From positions 2,801,341 through 2,865,340 of the forward strand of contig CAVYYE010000003.1 in assembly GCA_963772655.1 (NCBI GenBank): a stretch of DNA of 64,000 nt, read 5' to 3'. This document shows positions 1-11,637 of this stretch, one piece after another (positions within the stretch are counted from its first letter, which is position 1; the number at the start of each line of letters is the position of its first letter). The translations under genes and the position numbers were made by a program. A model generated the notes under the pieces. It had not been told where the DNA came from and made no database searches. It saw only the letters and a program-made list of their open reading frames with translations. The DNA comes from an uncultured delta proteobacterium (GTDB taxonomy: Bacteria > Myxococcota_A > Polyangia > Haliangiales > Haliangiaceae).

Positions 1-957
1 CGTGTACTTCGCCGCCGCTCCGATCGGATCGAAGATCGGATCCCATCCCCCCACCAGCTTCGCCTGCCGCTGGAGGGCGTGATACGCGAGCGCGCGTGCA
101 CTCTCGATCCCGGCGTACATGCGGCCGAACGATGCCTGCACGTTCTGCATCTCGACCAGCGGCTTGCCGTAGCGCATCGTCTTGTCGAGCGAATCGATGC
201 ACATCTCGAACACCGCCTGCATCCGACCCAGCGCTCCGCAGGCCAGCAACGTACGCCGCTCGTTGAGGAACTGCTGCGCGTGCGTGATGCCGTCGTCCGC
301 GCACAGGATCCGATCCTTCGGCAGCCGCACCGCATCGAGGCGGAGCGCTGCCAACCCCGCCGCGCGCAGGCCGGTGACCTCGACCGGCGTGACCTCGACG
401 CCCTTGTCCGCGCGCTCGATCAACACCACCATCAGATCGCGCGATTCGGGATCCCGCAGGTATGTCATGTAGACGTCCGCGTCGGCACCACCCGTCACCA
501 GCAGCTTCGCGCCCTCGGCGATCCAGTCGTCGCCGTCGCGCTTGAGCTGCGAGTTGAACGCGAACGCGTCGGCACCGTCCGAGTACGCGAACGAGCCTCC
601 CAGCTCGCCGCGAACCATCGGCTTCACGTACTTGTCGTCGAGGTCGGCCCTACCGGCGCCGTGGATCGCGTTCGCGATCGCGGCACGGATGCTGATCACC
701 AGCGGAAACGATCCATCGTCCGCCAGGTAGCCGAGCTGCTCGAGCGTGATCCCCCACCGGTACGCGTCGAGCCCTCCCCCACCGCACGTCTTCGGCATGC
801 CGAGCGCCCACAGCCCGCACTTCACCGCCTCCAGGAGGATGTCGCGGGAGAACGTGACGCCGAGTCGATCGCGTTCGTCCGAGCCCGGATTGACGAACTC
901 CCGCACGTACGACGCGAACCGAGTTCGTGCCTCCCGTGCGATGACCTCGGCATCCAT
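1..957 (-). CDS. Acyl-CoA dehydrogenase family protein (5' part; C-terminus lies beyond window start)
   Basis: Minus-strand frame with no stop before the window edge reads MDAEVIAREARTRF...GMPKTCGGGGLDAY...IYAGIESARALAYHA, typical ACAD N-terminal and central motifs. The listed 79..1701 + ORF is the Arg-rich antisense artefact. Confidence 0.65.
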   Translation of the reverse strand, partial: MDAEVIAREARTRFASYVREFVNPGSDERDRLGVTFSRDILLEAVKCGLWALGMPKTCGGGGLDAYRWGITLEQLGYLADDGSFPLVISIRAAIANAIHGAGRADLDDKYVKPMVRGELGGSFAYSDGADAFAFNSQLKRDGDDWIAEGAKLLVTGGADADVYMTYLRDPESRDLMVVLIERADKGVEVTPVEVTGLRAAGLAALRLDAVRLPKDRILCADDGITHAQQFLNERRTLLACGALGRMQAVFEMCIDSLDKTMRYGKPLVEMQNVQASFGRMYAGIESARALAYHALQRQAKLVGGWDPIFDPIGAAAKYT

Positions 958-1126
958 CGTGATCCAGTCAAACAGAAAGCCCAAATCGTCGCAATGAGAG
1001 GGGTTCGTGTCCGGTGTGCGTGGGTCTCCGACAGTCCGACCCGTCCGATCCAACAACCCACGCAACCTCCAACACGTAGGGCCGATGGCGAGGTCCATGG
1101 CACATGGAATCGAGTATGTTCGCGGC

Positions 1127-2443
1127 ATGAAGTGGGTGGCGTTGTTGATGGCGCTCGGCGCGGCTACTGGCTGCTCGAAGCGCAACCCGGAGGCGTGTTG
1201 CACGACACAGGCAGACTGCGACGCGATCGGCCTCCCGCTCGGCACCGATTGCGACGACGGCCTGACCTGCATCGGCAACCGGTGCGTCGCGTCGACGACC
1301 TGCCAGGCCGACTCCGACTGTCCGTCGGCAACACCGCGTTGTGGCGATGCCGGCGTGTGCGTCGAGTGTTTGGTCGAGAACGACGAGTGTGGAGATCAGG
1401 TGTGCAACGCCGCCGGACAGTGTGCGGCATGTACCGCGAACGAGGAGTGCTCGAGCGGTCTGTGCATCGAAGGTGCTTGTCGGACCTCGATCATTCCCAA
1501 GTACCTACCGAACGAGTGCGACAGTGTCGTTCCCACCGATCTCGTGGTCGGCGACACGATCGATACGGAAACGGACTGCACGACGATCGTCCCCCAAGGC
1601 AGTGGAGCACCCGAGATTTGCGTGATTCACGCGAGCACGATCTCGGTTCCGGGCACGACACGTGTGGTCGGGTCTCGAGCTCTCGCCTTGGTAGCCGATG
1701 AGGTCGTGTCGATCGAAGGTGTACTGGATGCGGCCGCGAGCAAGTCCACTGCGGGTCCTGGTGCAGGCGGAACATCGGGCGGTGCCGCGACCTCGAATAC
1801 TGGTGGTGGTGGTGCAGGCTTCAAATCATCCGGCGGATCCGGTGGTGCGGGAGCCGATGGCGGCGCGATGAACGGCGGAGCGGCAGTTCCAGATCCGGCT
1901 CCCCTCTCGGTGTTTCTGGGTGGTGCGAGCAGCGCGGGCGGTGGCGGGGGCGGCGGTGCGGTCACGTTGATCTCGTGCCGAAGCGCGGTGAATGTCACCG
2001 GACTCGTCGATCTGGCCGGTGGCGGTGGTGGTGGTGGAACAGCGGCCGGAACCACTCCTGGCAGTGGCGGCGGCAGTGGCGGATACCTCGTCATTCAGGG
2101 CGTCGAGATCACGGTTTCCGGATCGGTGTTCGCGAACGGTGGCAGTGGTGGTGATGGAGCGATCACCGGAAACCTCACCCGCGACGGAGGTTCGGGGGCC
2201 GACGGCACACGATCCGCGACCGAACCAGCAACGAGCCGAGCGAATGGCGGCGCAGGTGGATTCGCGTCCACGTTGCCGGGTACCGGCGGTGCCGAGATTG
2301 CAGGAGCTCAGACACTGCATCCGGGCGGTGGCGGTGGCAGTGTCGGCTTCTTGCAGACGTACACGCCAGGAAGCGCGCCCGACGTGGCCTCGGCCACGGC
2401 ATCTCCCGCCTTCGAAGCCAACCTCGAGATCAGTACGAAGTAG
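1127..2443 (+). CDS. Secreted lipoprotein: Cys-rich N-terminal repeats (CxxxxC) followed by a Gly-rich repeat region (GGSGGxxVIxG..VSGSVFANGGSGG); paralog of 54088..55242
   Basis: Internal Met with lipoprotein signal MKWVALLMALGAATGC. Cys-rich Myxococcales-type repeat and long Gly-rich beta-helix-like repeats. Homologous blocks shared with the 54088..55242 protein. Confidence 0.7.
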   Translation: MKWVALLMALGAATGCSKRNPEACCTTQADCDAIGLPLGTDCDDGLTCIGNRCVASTTCQADSDCPSATPRCGDAGVCVECLVENDECGDQVCNAAGQCAACTANEECSSGLCIEGACRTSIIPKYLPNECDSVVPTDLVVGDTIDTETDCTTIVPQGSGAPEICVIHASTISVPGTTRVVGSRALALVADEVVSIEGVLDAAASKSTAGPGAGGTSGGAATSNTGGGGAGFKSSGGSGGAGADGGAMNGGAAVPDPAPLSVFLGGASSAGGGGGGGAVTLISCRSAVNVTGLVDLAGGGGGGGTAAGTTPGSGGGSGGYLVIQGVEITVSGSVFANGGSGGDGAITGNLTRDGGSGADGTRSATEPATSRANGGAGGFASTLPGTGGAEIAGAQTLHPGGGGGSVGFLQTYTPGSAPDVASATASPAFEANLEISTK

Positions 2444-2503
2444 ACCGAAAACACGGCGGGCCCGTCGATCGACGGGCCCGCGTGTCGGTCGATCGAGACT
2501 TTG

Positions 2504-3823
2504 CTACTCGATGACCAGCAGCTGGTACGGGTCGTTGGCCGGCTGGTAGCCCAGCAGGACCAGCGCGAATAGCGACGGCTCCACCTTGATGAAATAGGTG
2601 CCGGCAGCCGGTGCCGTAAAGGTGAAGTCCTCACCGAGATCAACATCGACGTCGTCGAGGCTCGTCGTGCCGTCGGTATCGATGACCTCGACCTCGGGGT
2701 CGGTCGAGCCGGAACCGCTGGTGGCGACAATGCGGATCGTCTGATCCTGGGTGAGCGTGACCGCGACGAAGTCGACATCGTTCTCGTCGGTGATCGTGCC
2801 GTTGAACATCGACACGGCGCCGCTCAGCGCCTGCGACGTGCCGCTGTCGTCGTTGGGCTCCGCTTCGGTCACCGGCGTGACACCGTTGAGCGAGACCACG
2901 CTAGGGGTGAGGTCGAACGAGTAGCCATCGACGCCCGCGTTATCGAGCACGACGAGATAGAACTTGTCGCCTGCGGCCACGACCTCGGCGTCGGTCGAGT
3001 GGCCACCGAGGCTATCGGCCCACTTGCCGCTGCTCGGCAGCAGCACGAAGAACGGGTCGGCATCGGTGTTCGCGGTGGTGACGTCGAGGGTCAGCAACTC
3101 GGCTTCAGATGCAGTGATCTCGAACAGCGACGTGGTCGAGAGCGTGTCGGTCGACGCCGTGCCCTCGGTGAGCACCGTCGCGGTGCGGGGCTCGACTGCC
3201 AGCGTGCCACCGGGCGAGGTCACGGTCGTGCCCCCGTCGGTGCTCGTCACGGTGAGATCGCCGGACTCGCCATCTACATCGACCAAGACGGTGACGTTGA
3301 TCTCGTAGGCCGACGCGTCGTTGATGAACACCGTGGTGCCGGCGCCGCCGGTCACGTTGAGTCCGGTGAACGCACCGGTGTTGGGATCCGTCGCGACGTT
3401 GAATGGCGTCTCGGGATCGTGGCTGGTGATCGTGAACGTCGCGAGTCCACCCTGCGGAATCGGAGTGGTGTCGTCGACGGTGATCGGATTGACGAGGTTG
3501 TACGCGCCCGCCAAGGTGAACGTGTCGCCACCATCGGTGACCGTCACGTCATGGGCTCCCTCTCCTGCATCCGGCGCGATCGTGAGATCGACGATCAAGG
3601 TGGACGGGCCCACCAATTCCACACCGTCGACCGTCACGCCATCACCGAAGTTCACGGTGGTGGACGCGTCCCAAGACGTGGCATCGCCACTGACGAGCAC
3701 CTGCTGGTGCCGGCCGAGTAGCCCGGTATCCGGGAACACTGCAGCAGCGTCACCAGGGTCATCGGATCCGCAGGCTGCCGCGGCAAGCGGCAGTGCGACT
3801 AGCAGGAGATGAAAAGCTCGCAT
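2504..3823 (-). CDS. Lipoprotein with C-terminal pre-peptidase C-terminal (PPC) domain
   Basis: Signal/lipobox MRAFHLLLVALPLAAAAC. C-terminus has EAEPNDD..A..L...FNGTIT...DVDFVAV, the PPC domain signature. Thr/Asp-rich beta-rich body. Confidence 0.7.
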   Translation of the reverse strand: MRAFHLLLVALPLAAAACGSDDPGDAAAVFPDTGLLGRHQQVLVSGDATSWDASTTVNFGDGVTVDGVELVGPSTLIVDLTIAPDAGEGAHDVTVTDGGDTFTLAGAYNLVNPITVDDTTPIPQGGLATFTITSHDPETPFNVATDPNTGAFTGLNVTGGAGTTVFINDASAYEINVTVLVDVDGESGDLTVTSTDGGTTVTSPGGTLAVEPRTATVLTEGTASTDTLSTTSLFEITASEAELLTLDVTTANTDADPFFVLLPSSGKWADSLGGHSTDAEVVAAGDKFYLVVLDNAGVDGYSFDLTPSVVSLNGVTPVTEAEPNDDSGTSQALSGAVSMFNGTITDENDVDFVAVTLTQDQTIRIVATSGSGSTDPEVEVIDTDGTTSLDDVDVDLGEDFTFTAPAAGTYFIKVEPSLFALVLLGYQPANDPYQLLVIE

Positions 3824-4004
3824 CGATATCCTCGTAGGTTGAGGCCGGCACCGTACACGAGGAGAACCCGCAACAAAGTAGTTTTTCACACAAACGGCAC
3901 GGTATTGCGGTCTGGCTCACACTTCGGGTCGTATGGCATCAGACTCGGAAAAAGCCCCACGGTTACCCGTATGTACAGGAGAACCCCGATAGACTGGATG
4001 GTGC

Positions 4005-4808
4005 GTGTCGCGCACCCGCACCATCGAACGACAAAGCCTGGCGATCCGGCGCGTTCTCGATGCCCGTGACGTGAAGATCGTCTACCAGCCACTGGTCGAC
4101 CTGCGGACCCACGAGGTGTTCGCCTACGAGGCGCTGGCCCGCTCGAAGGCACCCGAGTTCAAGTCCCCGATCGATCTGTTCAAGGCGGCAGTCGATCACT
4201 CGTGCGCGGGGGAGCTCGGACGGGTCCTGCGCGAGATGTCGGTGCAGAACTGTCCCGACCACCCGCTGTTCATCAACATCCACCCGGCGGAGCTCAACGA
4301 GCCGTTCCTCGTCCGCCCCGACGACCCGATCTTCGACCACGACGACGACGTCTATCTCGAGATCACCGAGTCGGTTCCGCTCAGCCACTTCGCGCTGTGC
4401 CAGTCGATCCTCGAGGAGGTGCGGGGCCGGGGCGTGTACCTCGTGGTCGACGACCTCGGCGCCGGCTACTCGAACCTCAAGTACATCGCCGACCTCGCAC
4501 CGCGCGTGGTCAAGCTCGATCGCGAGCTCGTCGCCGGACTGGTCGAGGACTCGCGACTGTTCAAGCTGGTGTCGGCCATCGTCGTGATGTGCGAGGACCT
4601 CGGAGCCAAGGTGGTGGCCGAGGGGATCGAGACCGAGGAGGAGCTCGGTGCGGTGGTGGCCGCGGGGGCGCACTTCGGTCAGGGATACCTGCTGGCGCGA
4701 CCGGCCTATCCGTTGCCCGAGGTGAACTGGCCGGCAAACCTGGCCGAGGCGCAACCGAGGCGCAAAGCCCGCCGCTCGGTGCATCCCTGGGGTGGCCGTC
4801 GTCGGTGA
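4005..4808 (+). CDS. Standalone EAL-domain protein (c-di-GMP phosphodiesterase, catalytic motifs intact)
   Basis: YQPLVDL...EALAR, EITES, DDLGAGYSNL, KLDR, AEGIETEEE, GQGYL: all canonical EAL catalytic motifs present. Confidence 0.8.
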   Translation: MSRTRTIERQSLAIRRVLDARDVKIVYQPLVDLRTHEVFAYEALARSKAPEFKSPIDLFKAAVDHSCAGELGRVLREMSVQNCPDHPLFINIHPAELNEPFLVRPDDPIFDHDDDVYLEITESVPLSHFALCQSILEEVRGRGVYLVVDDLGAGYSNLKYIADLAPRVVKLDRELVAGLVEDSRLFKLVSAIVVMCEDLGAKVVAEGIETEEELGAVVAAGAHFGQGYLLARPAYPLPEVNWPANLAEAQPRRKARRSVHPWGGRRR

Positions 4809-4842
4809 TGTCACGGCGACCGGGTTCGCATACGCTTAACGA

Positions 4843-5271
4843 GTGCGGCTCGAACGCTCGCTCGCCTTCGCCCTGACCCTCGTCCTGGCCCTCGTCCTGG
4901 CCGCGACGACGTTTGCGGGTCCGGTCCACAAGCCGTCGGCGCCCTTCTGGGTATCGCTGACGGCGCAGCGCGTGGACCGCGGCTTCGAGGTCACGCTGAC
5001 CGCGATCCCGACGCGCGACGTCCCGAACGTCGAGCTCGTGCTCGACGGCGAGCACCGGCGGTTCGGTGCGACCGCGAAGGGCGAGCGCCGCGAGCTATCG
5101 CTACGGATCGCGATCGCGACCGGCAAGGGTCGCGACATCGTGGGCGGTGCGATCGCGGCGCGCCGGAGCAAGGCCGCCCTGATCCGCATCGGCACCCCAC
5201 GCGCGACGCCGCGCCGCGCACGTACGACCCGACGACTTCCCGATGGTCGCGAGATCGAGGAGGTGCGGTGA
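4843..5271 (+). CDS. Small secreted hypothetical protein, translationally coupled (GTGA overlap) to downstream metalloprotease gene
   Basis: N-terminal signal-like LAFALTLVLALVLAATTFAG. Stop overlaps the GTG start of the 5268 gene. Confidence 0.45.
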   Translation: MRLERSLAFALTLVLALVLAATTFAGPVHKPSAPFWVSLTAQRVDRGFEVTLTAIPTRDVPNVELVLDGEHRRFGATAKGERRELSLRIAIATGKGRDIVGGAIAARRSKAALIRIGTPRATPRRARTTRRLPDGREIEEVR

Positions 5272-6467
5272 TACCCCAAGGGCACTTGTTCGCCTCGCGG
5301 CTCGGCGTGCGCGCACAGCTCGCGATCGCAGCGATGGCCGCGATGGCACTCGCCGCGTGCGGCGACGACCTCGTGCCACCGGGCGAGCCCGGACACTTCA
5401 CGGTGTCGGGCACGATCCGCTACGAAGATCGGCCGCCGCTCGACACCGGCGCGCTCGGTCCGGCGACGCCAGTGCCGGCACGCGGCGTCCAGGTCGCGGT
5501 GATCGCCGAGGATGACGGCGCCGTCCTCGCGATGACGGTGGCCGATGACGACGGAGCGTACACGGTCGACTTCGATGCCAACGAGGGCGAGCCCGTCCAC
5601 GTGCTGGCGGCGACGACGAGCGTGGTCGCCACGCGTCCGATCGACGTCCGCAACACGTCGACCGAGAACATCCACGGCTTCGGCGGTCCGACGTTCGCCG
5701 CGGCGAGCACCACGGCCGACGTGCTGGTGACGGTCGACTCGGGCGAGGCGCAGGCGTTCAACATCTTCGACAACCTGGTCGACGTGATGGACCGCATCCC
5801 GACGCTGTTCCCCGGCCGCACGCAGGAGCCGATCGAGGCGTTCTGGAGTGCGAACAGCTTCGACGGCACCTACTACGACAACGGTGCGCTCCGCCTGCTC
5901 GGCGATCCGTCGGACGACGACGGCTTCGACGACGCGGTGATCCTCCACGAGTGCGGCCACTGGATCGAGGATGTCTACGGCCGCAGCGACAGTCCGGGCG
6001 GCGATCACGACGGCAGTCCGACCCTGCCGACGCTCGCGTGGTCCGAGGGCTTCGCGACGTACTTCGCGATGGCGATCCGCGACGTGCCGATCTACAGCGA
6101 CTCGAACGCGGCCGGCGGGTTCTCGTACAACGGCGACACCACCAACACGAAGGCCAACCCCAACCTCGCGCTCGACCAGAAGGTCAGCGAGGACATGGTC
6201 ACCGAGATCCTGTGGGACATGGGTGACGCCCCCGATCCCGACGACGACACCGTCGAGGACACCCACGACCACGTGATCGGAATCGAGGGCTACCTGCACG
6301 ACGCCGCGCTCCGTGCGGTCGGCTCTCCCGGCGTCGATCTGGTCGACGCACTCGACGGATGGTTCACCGATCGGGGGCTCGGCACCTGCAGCGGCATGCG
6401 CGACCTCCTCGATACCCGCCACACGTTCCCGTACGACTACGGTTCGGGTGCCGGTACCTGCCCGTAG
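5268..6467 (+). CDS. Putative zinc metalloprotease lipoprotein (HExxH)
   Basis: Lipobox AMALAAC. The N-terminal FTVSGTIRYED region is carboxypeptidase-regulatory-like. HECGH (HExxH) motif at AVILHECGHWIED. Asp-rich. Confidence 0.7.
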   Translation: MIPQGHLFASRLGVRAQLAIAAMAAMALAACGDDLVPPGEPGHFTVSGTIRYEDRPPLDTGALGPATPVPARGVQVAVIAEDDGAVLAMTVADDDGAYTVDFDANEGEPVHVLAATTSVVATRPIDVRNTSTENIHGFGGPTFAAASTTADVLVTVDSGEAQAFNIFDNLVDVMDRIPTLFPGRTQEPIEAFWSANSFDGTYYDNGALRLLGDPSDDDGFDDAVILHECGHWIEDVYGRSDSPGGDHDGSPTLPTLAWSEGFATYFAMAIRDVPIYSDSNAAGGFSYNGDTTNTKANPNLALDQKVSEDMVTEILWDMGDAPDPDDDTVEDTHDHVIGIEGYLHDAALRAVGSPGVDLVDALDGWFTDRGLGTCSGMRDLLDTRHTFPYDYGSGAGTCP

Positions 6468-6473
6468 GTCCGG

Positions 6474-7388
6474 ATGCCACCGGCGCTGGACGAGCTCGAG
6501 GCCGAGATCCTCGCGACCTGGAACCGCGAGACCATCGAGGTCTACGGCGACCAGCTGCAAGCGCTCGGCGATCCGCGCGGCGAGATGATCGCGATCGATC
6601 TCGCGATCGAGGACGGCGGAGCGACTCCCGAGCTGACCGCACGACGCACCGAGCTGATCGACGCCTGGCTTGGCGACACGATCCCGAACGGCCGCGTACG
6701 GTGCGGATTCGTCGACCTCGATGCGACCGGTGCGGATCCGGTCGGCCAGATCCGACATGCGTTCGACGGCCCCGCGTCACGATTCGTGCGCAGCGTGGCG
6801 ATCGTCGGCTCACCCGCCACCATCATCGACACTGCGTCGGCGCTCACCGAGGAGGTTCGACCGTCGTTGACACGGCTCCGCATCCTGCAATGGAACGAAC
6901 GCGAGCGCGCGACCATCATCGCCACTCAGGCGCAGCAACTCGCGGCTGCCGTGCCTCATCTTCGCGAGCTCGCGATCGAGGGCCGCCGCGTGATCGCCGA
7001 CTTCGCACATCCGCAGCTCGCACGCCTGACCCTGTCGGGATTCGACGGCATCGGCTCGTTGCTCGACGACGCGCTCGCGTTGCCCGTGGTGGCGACGCTC
7101 GACCTCGCTCTGTTCGGTCACCTCGCTCGACGCGAACCCGCGCCACCGAACGACCTGTTCGCCCGGATCGGCGGCGGCATGCCGGAACTGGTCGAGCTCG
7201 ATCTGTCGCGCAACCGGCCCGGCTACCTCGATCCCGATCGCCTCGGTGGTGACGCTCCGATCGCGACCATGGTGCGCTCGCTCGCGATCGCCGAACGGCT
7301 GCGCACGTTGCGGATGCCGTCGTCGACCTCGCCCGTCGACCTCGCGAACCTGCGGGTCGCGTTTCCGTCGGTGGCGATCAGTCGGTAG
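6474..7388 (+). CDS. TIGR02996 repeat-companion domain protein with leucine-rich C-terminal region
   Basis: N-terminus EILATWNRETIEVYGDQLQALGDPRGEMIAIDL matches the ...yaDWLeErGDPRGEfI signature of the Myxococcales/Planctomycetes repeat-companion domain. The C-terminal part has LRR-like L-rich repeats. Confidence 0.6.
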   Translation: MPPALDELEAEILATWNRETIEVYGDQLQALGDPRGEMIAIDLAIEDGGATPELTARRTELIDAWLGDTIPNGRVRCGFVDLDATGADPVGQIRHAFDGPASRFVRSVAIVGSPATIIDTASALTEEVRPSLTRLRILQWNERERATIIATQAQQLAAAVPHLRELAIEGRRVIADFAHPQLARLTLSGFDGIGSLLDDALALPVVATLDLALFGHLARREPAPPNDLFARIGGGMPELVELDLSRNRPGYLDPDRLGGDAPIATMVRSLAIAERLRTLRMPSSTSPVDLANLRVAFPSVAISR

Positions 7389-8917
7389 CGGGTTCGGCGT
7401 CCGGTGCGGCCTTCTCGGGGGCCGGTTCGGACTTCGCGGATCCCGCGAGCGTCCACTCGTCGCGCCAGAACCCGACGACGAACGCCGGCACCAGCGGCCA
7501 GATGATCAGCGCGAGGTTGGGCTGCTTCAACACGCCGATCAGCGACAGTGCGAGGTAGAGCCCGAGCATCGCGACGCGCGCCTTCGCGTACTGGATCCGC
7601 CGCTTCATCGGCAGGAACAGCAGCAGGATGTCGAGCGGGAGCAGGATCGAGCAGGCTCTCGTTGGACGTCACGTACGGCAGCGGCGAGATGATCGCGAGG
7701 AACCACAGGATCCCGCCGACCAAGAACTGCGGCACGATCGCGATCGTCATCGCCACCCGTGGGAACCGCCCGTAGTAACGCGCGAGGATCACCGGCGACA
7801 CGAGGATCAACAGGATCACGGCGAGCGGGATCCGCCCCGACTGATGCGCCGTGTCTTCCTCGGCATCGGAGAGGCCGTTGCCGTCGGCATCGGCGAGCGA
7901 CGCGCCGGCGAGCTCGGGATGCTCGCGCGCGGGATCGCGCTGGTAGATGATGATCGGCTTCGCGCCCCACGGCATCTTCGCGACCGCCTCGCGCAGGTAC
8001 TGTGGCAGGAACATGCGGTCCCAGTAGTCGGGCACGTGATCGGTGCTCGCTCCCATCGCGATGTCGGTGGCGAGGAGCGGCAGCGGCAGGCCCTTGATCT
8101 TGAGCCCGAAGAACCCTTCGCGCGCGAGATCGCGGAACGTGCGGCCGTCGGTCGGCGTGTCGCGCAGCTTGCTCAGGCTGCCACCGGTCGCGCGATCGAG
8201 GATGTCGCGCACGCGGGTCGTGCAGTTGTCGTCGAAGTGGTCGTACGCGTAGTGCAGGTTCTTTGCATCGGCGTACTTCGGATCGAGCTCGCTACGGACC
8301 GCGCGACGCTCCTGGTAGATGTTGAACAGCTCGGGGTGTTCCTTCGGATCGTAGACCGGCTCCTCGGTCGGGTCGTAGCGCGGAGCCGAGTCGCGATACA
8401 GCTCCCCGCGGATCTGGTCCTTCTGCGCCTTGGTCAGCGTGAGGGGCTGCACCCACACCGTGCGGTTGCGACCGGCGTACACGCTGATCAGCGTCGACAC
8501 CGGCTGCTCGCCCGCCCAGAAGCTGTGGGTGCCTCGGAAGAATCCCCACGCCATCGACATCGGCTTCTCGAAGCTGCCGATGCCGTAGTTGAAGCACATG
8601 TCCTTCGACGAGTCGTGCCAGCGGATGCACATCGCGATGTGGCCGTGGCGCTCCCAGATCAGCGAGCCGATACCCATCGTGACCAGCTCGAGGGTGGGTT
8701 CCTCGTCGTAGAGCTTGGCGACCTGGGGGGGACAGCCATCCTTCGCCATGCCGCACGTCGTCAGGTTGGGGACGCTCAGTCGGACCGGGTGGATCTGTGG
8801 CGCGGGCTGCTCGTTCGAGCATGTATAGACCCCGACACCGAGTATCAGCACCAGCAGGATGCCGACGGGGCCGTAGCGACGAAGCACACGCGCAGTGTGA
8901 GCCATTGACCAACCCAA
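7378..8917 (-). CDS. Membrane protein (N-terminal signal anchor, large periplasmic domain, C-terminal TM helices) with apparent frameshift near 7650-7670
   Basis: The 7223..8917 frame is protein-like down to ...ISPLPYVTSNE, then becomes low-complexity. The hydrophobic continuation (ILLPLDILLLFLPMKRRIQY...GFWRDEW) is in another frame and ends at 7378. Confidence 0.5.
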
Positions 8918-8936
8918 CGCTACCCCGGAACATCGA

Positions 8937-10091
8937 GTGGTGGATCGGTTCGGGCGCTATCAGGTATTCGAGTGCCTCGGCGCCGGCGGGATGGCCACGG
9001 TGCACCGCGCCACGATCGACGTCGGCGACGGCATCGTCCGGGAGGTCGCCCTCAAGCGGATGCTGCCCCAGCTCGCGGACGACAAGAAGACGCTCGACGA
9101 CTTCATCCGCGAGGCCAAGCTGGCCGCCCACCTTCACCACCCCAACATCGTTCGCATCCTGGAGCTCGGCCGGAGCGACGGCACCTACTTCATCGCGATG
9201 GAGCTGGTGCGAGGTCACTCGCTGCTCCACCTGATGCGCGCGATGGTCGGCCACCGCGAGACCGCGCCGGTCGGGATCGTGATCGCCCTGTTGTCGGAGC
9301 TGTGCGACGCGCTCGACTACGCCAGCACCGCGGCCGACGACGACGGTGCGCCGATGGAGATCGTCCACCGCGACCTGTCACCGTCGAACCTGATCGTCGC
9401 CGACGGCGGGCACGTCAAGATCATCGACTTCGGGATCGCCAAGAGCGTGAGCGGTCGGTTCATGACCAGCTCGGGTCTGGTCAAAGGAAAGCTCGGCTAC
9501 ATGGCGCTCGAGGCCCTCGCCGGCAAGGCGATCGACAAGCGGGCCGACGTGTTCTCGCTCGGCGTCGTGGCGTGGGAGCTGCTCACCGGGCGCCGGCTGT
9601 TCACGGGGATCAACGAGTACGAGGTGATCATGACGATCCGGCGCGGCGTGCAGCAACCGCCGTCGGCGTTCAACCTCGAGTGTTCGCCCGAGCTCGACGA
9701 GATCGTGATGCACGCACTCAGCCGCAAGCGCGACGAGCGGTGGCCGAGCGCCGGCGTGATGAAGCGCGCCCTCGACACCCTGCGCCGCACCTATCGCGAC
9801 GGCCCCGCCGAGGTCGACGCCTGGCGGAGGCGCCTGATCCCGGATCCCGCTGACGACGACAACACGACGACCGAGCTCGAATCGCTACGCGAGGTCATGC
9901 TCCGCGACTCGGTGCCGAGCATCACCCGCACCACGCTCGTCCGGCGCCCCGAGGTGCAGATCAACGACGAGCCCGAGATCGGGGAGCAAGACCCGACGGA
10001 GCTGACCGTGCTCCCGCCCGAGCTCGCACCCGACACGCTGGTGCCGGACTCGCTCGCGACGGATCCCGAGGCGACGCCGCTCGACGACTAG
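8937..10091 (+). CDS. Ser/Thr protein kinase (Hanks-type; atypical catalytic loop HRDLSPSN and ALE in place of APE)
   Basis: GAGGMATV (G-loop), VALK, HRDLSPSNL, IIDFGIAK, GYMALEAL. GTG start. Confidence 0.85.
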   Translation: MVDRFGRYQVFECLGAGGMATVHRATIDVGDGIVREVALKRMLPQLADDKKTLDDFIREAKLAAHLHHPNIVRILELGRSDGTYFIAMELVRGHSLLHLMRAMVGHRETAPVGIVIALLSELCDALDYASTAADDDGAPMEIVHRDLSPSNLIVADGGHVKIIDFGIAKSVSGRFMTSSGLVKGKLGYMALEALAGKAIDKRADVFSLGVVAWELLTGRRLFTGINEYEVIMTIRRGVQQPPSAFNLECSPELDEIVMHALSRKRDERWPSAGVMKRALDTLRRTYRDGPAEVDAWRRRLIPDPADDDNTTTELESLREVMLRDSVPSITRTTLVRRPEVQINDEPEIGEQDPTELTVLPPELAPDTLVPDSLATDPEATPLDD

Positions 10092-10130
10092 CCAGGCGGT
10101 GCGGAACCGTCGAAGGACGGGCCGATCGGC

Positions 10131-11528
<1,398 letters not shown>

Positions 11529-11637
11529 GGCAGGGTTGTCTTTCCAATGGGGCAGCAAATGCAAGCCCCTACGATTGGTTTGAGTGAGTTTCGTGGCAGG
11601 AACCGGCCGGCCGGTCCGCCCAGGGCCCGGGATCGGT

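Noticed and set aside
79-1701. 540-aa plus-strand ORF
   Set aside because: Arg/Ala-rich low-complexity translation. It lies antisense to a clean acyl-CoA dehydrogenase frame (1..957, minus) and overlaps the real start of the 1127 lipoprotein gene in another frame. Typical high-GC shadow ORF.
4836-6758. 640-aa minus-strand ORF
   Set aside because: Antisense to the coupled 4843..5271 and 5268..6467 genes. The translation is Arg/Val-rich with no motifs.
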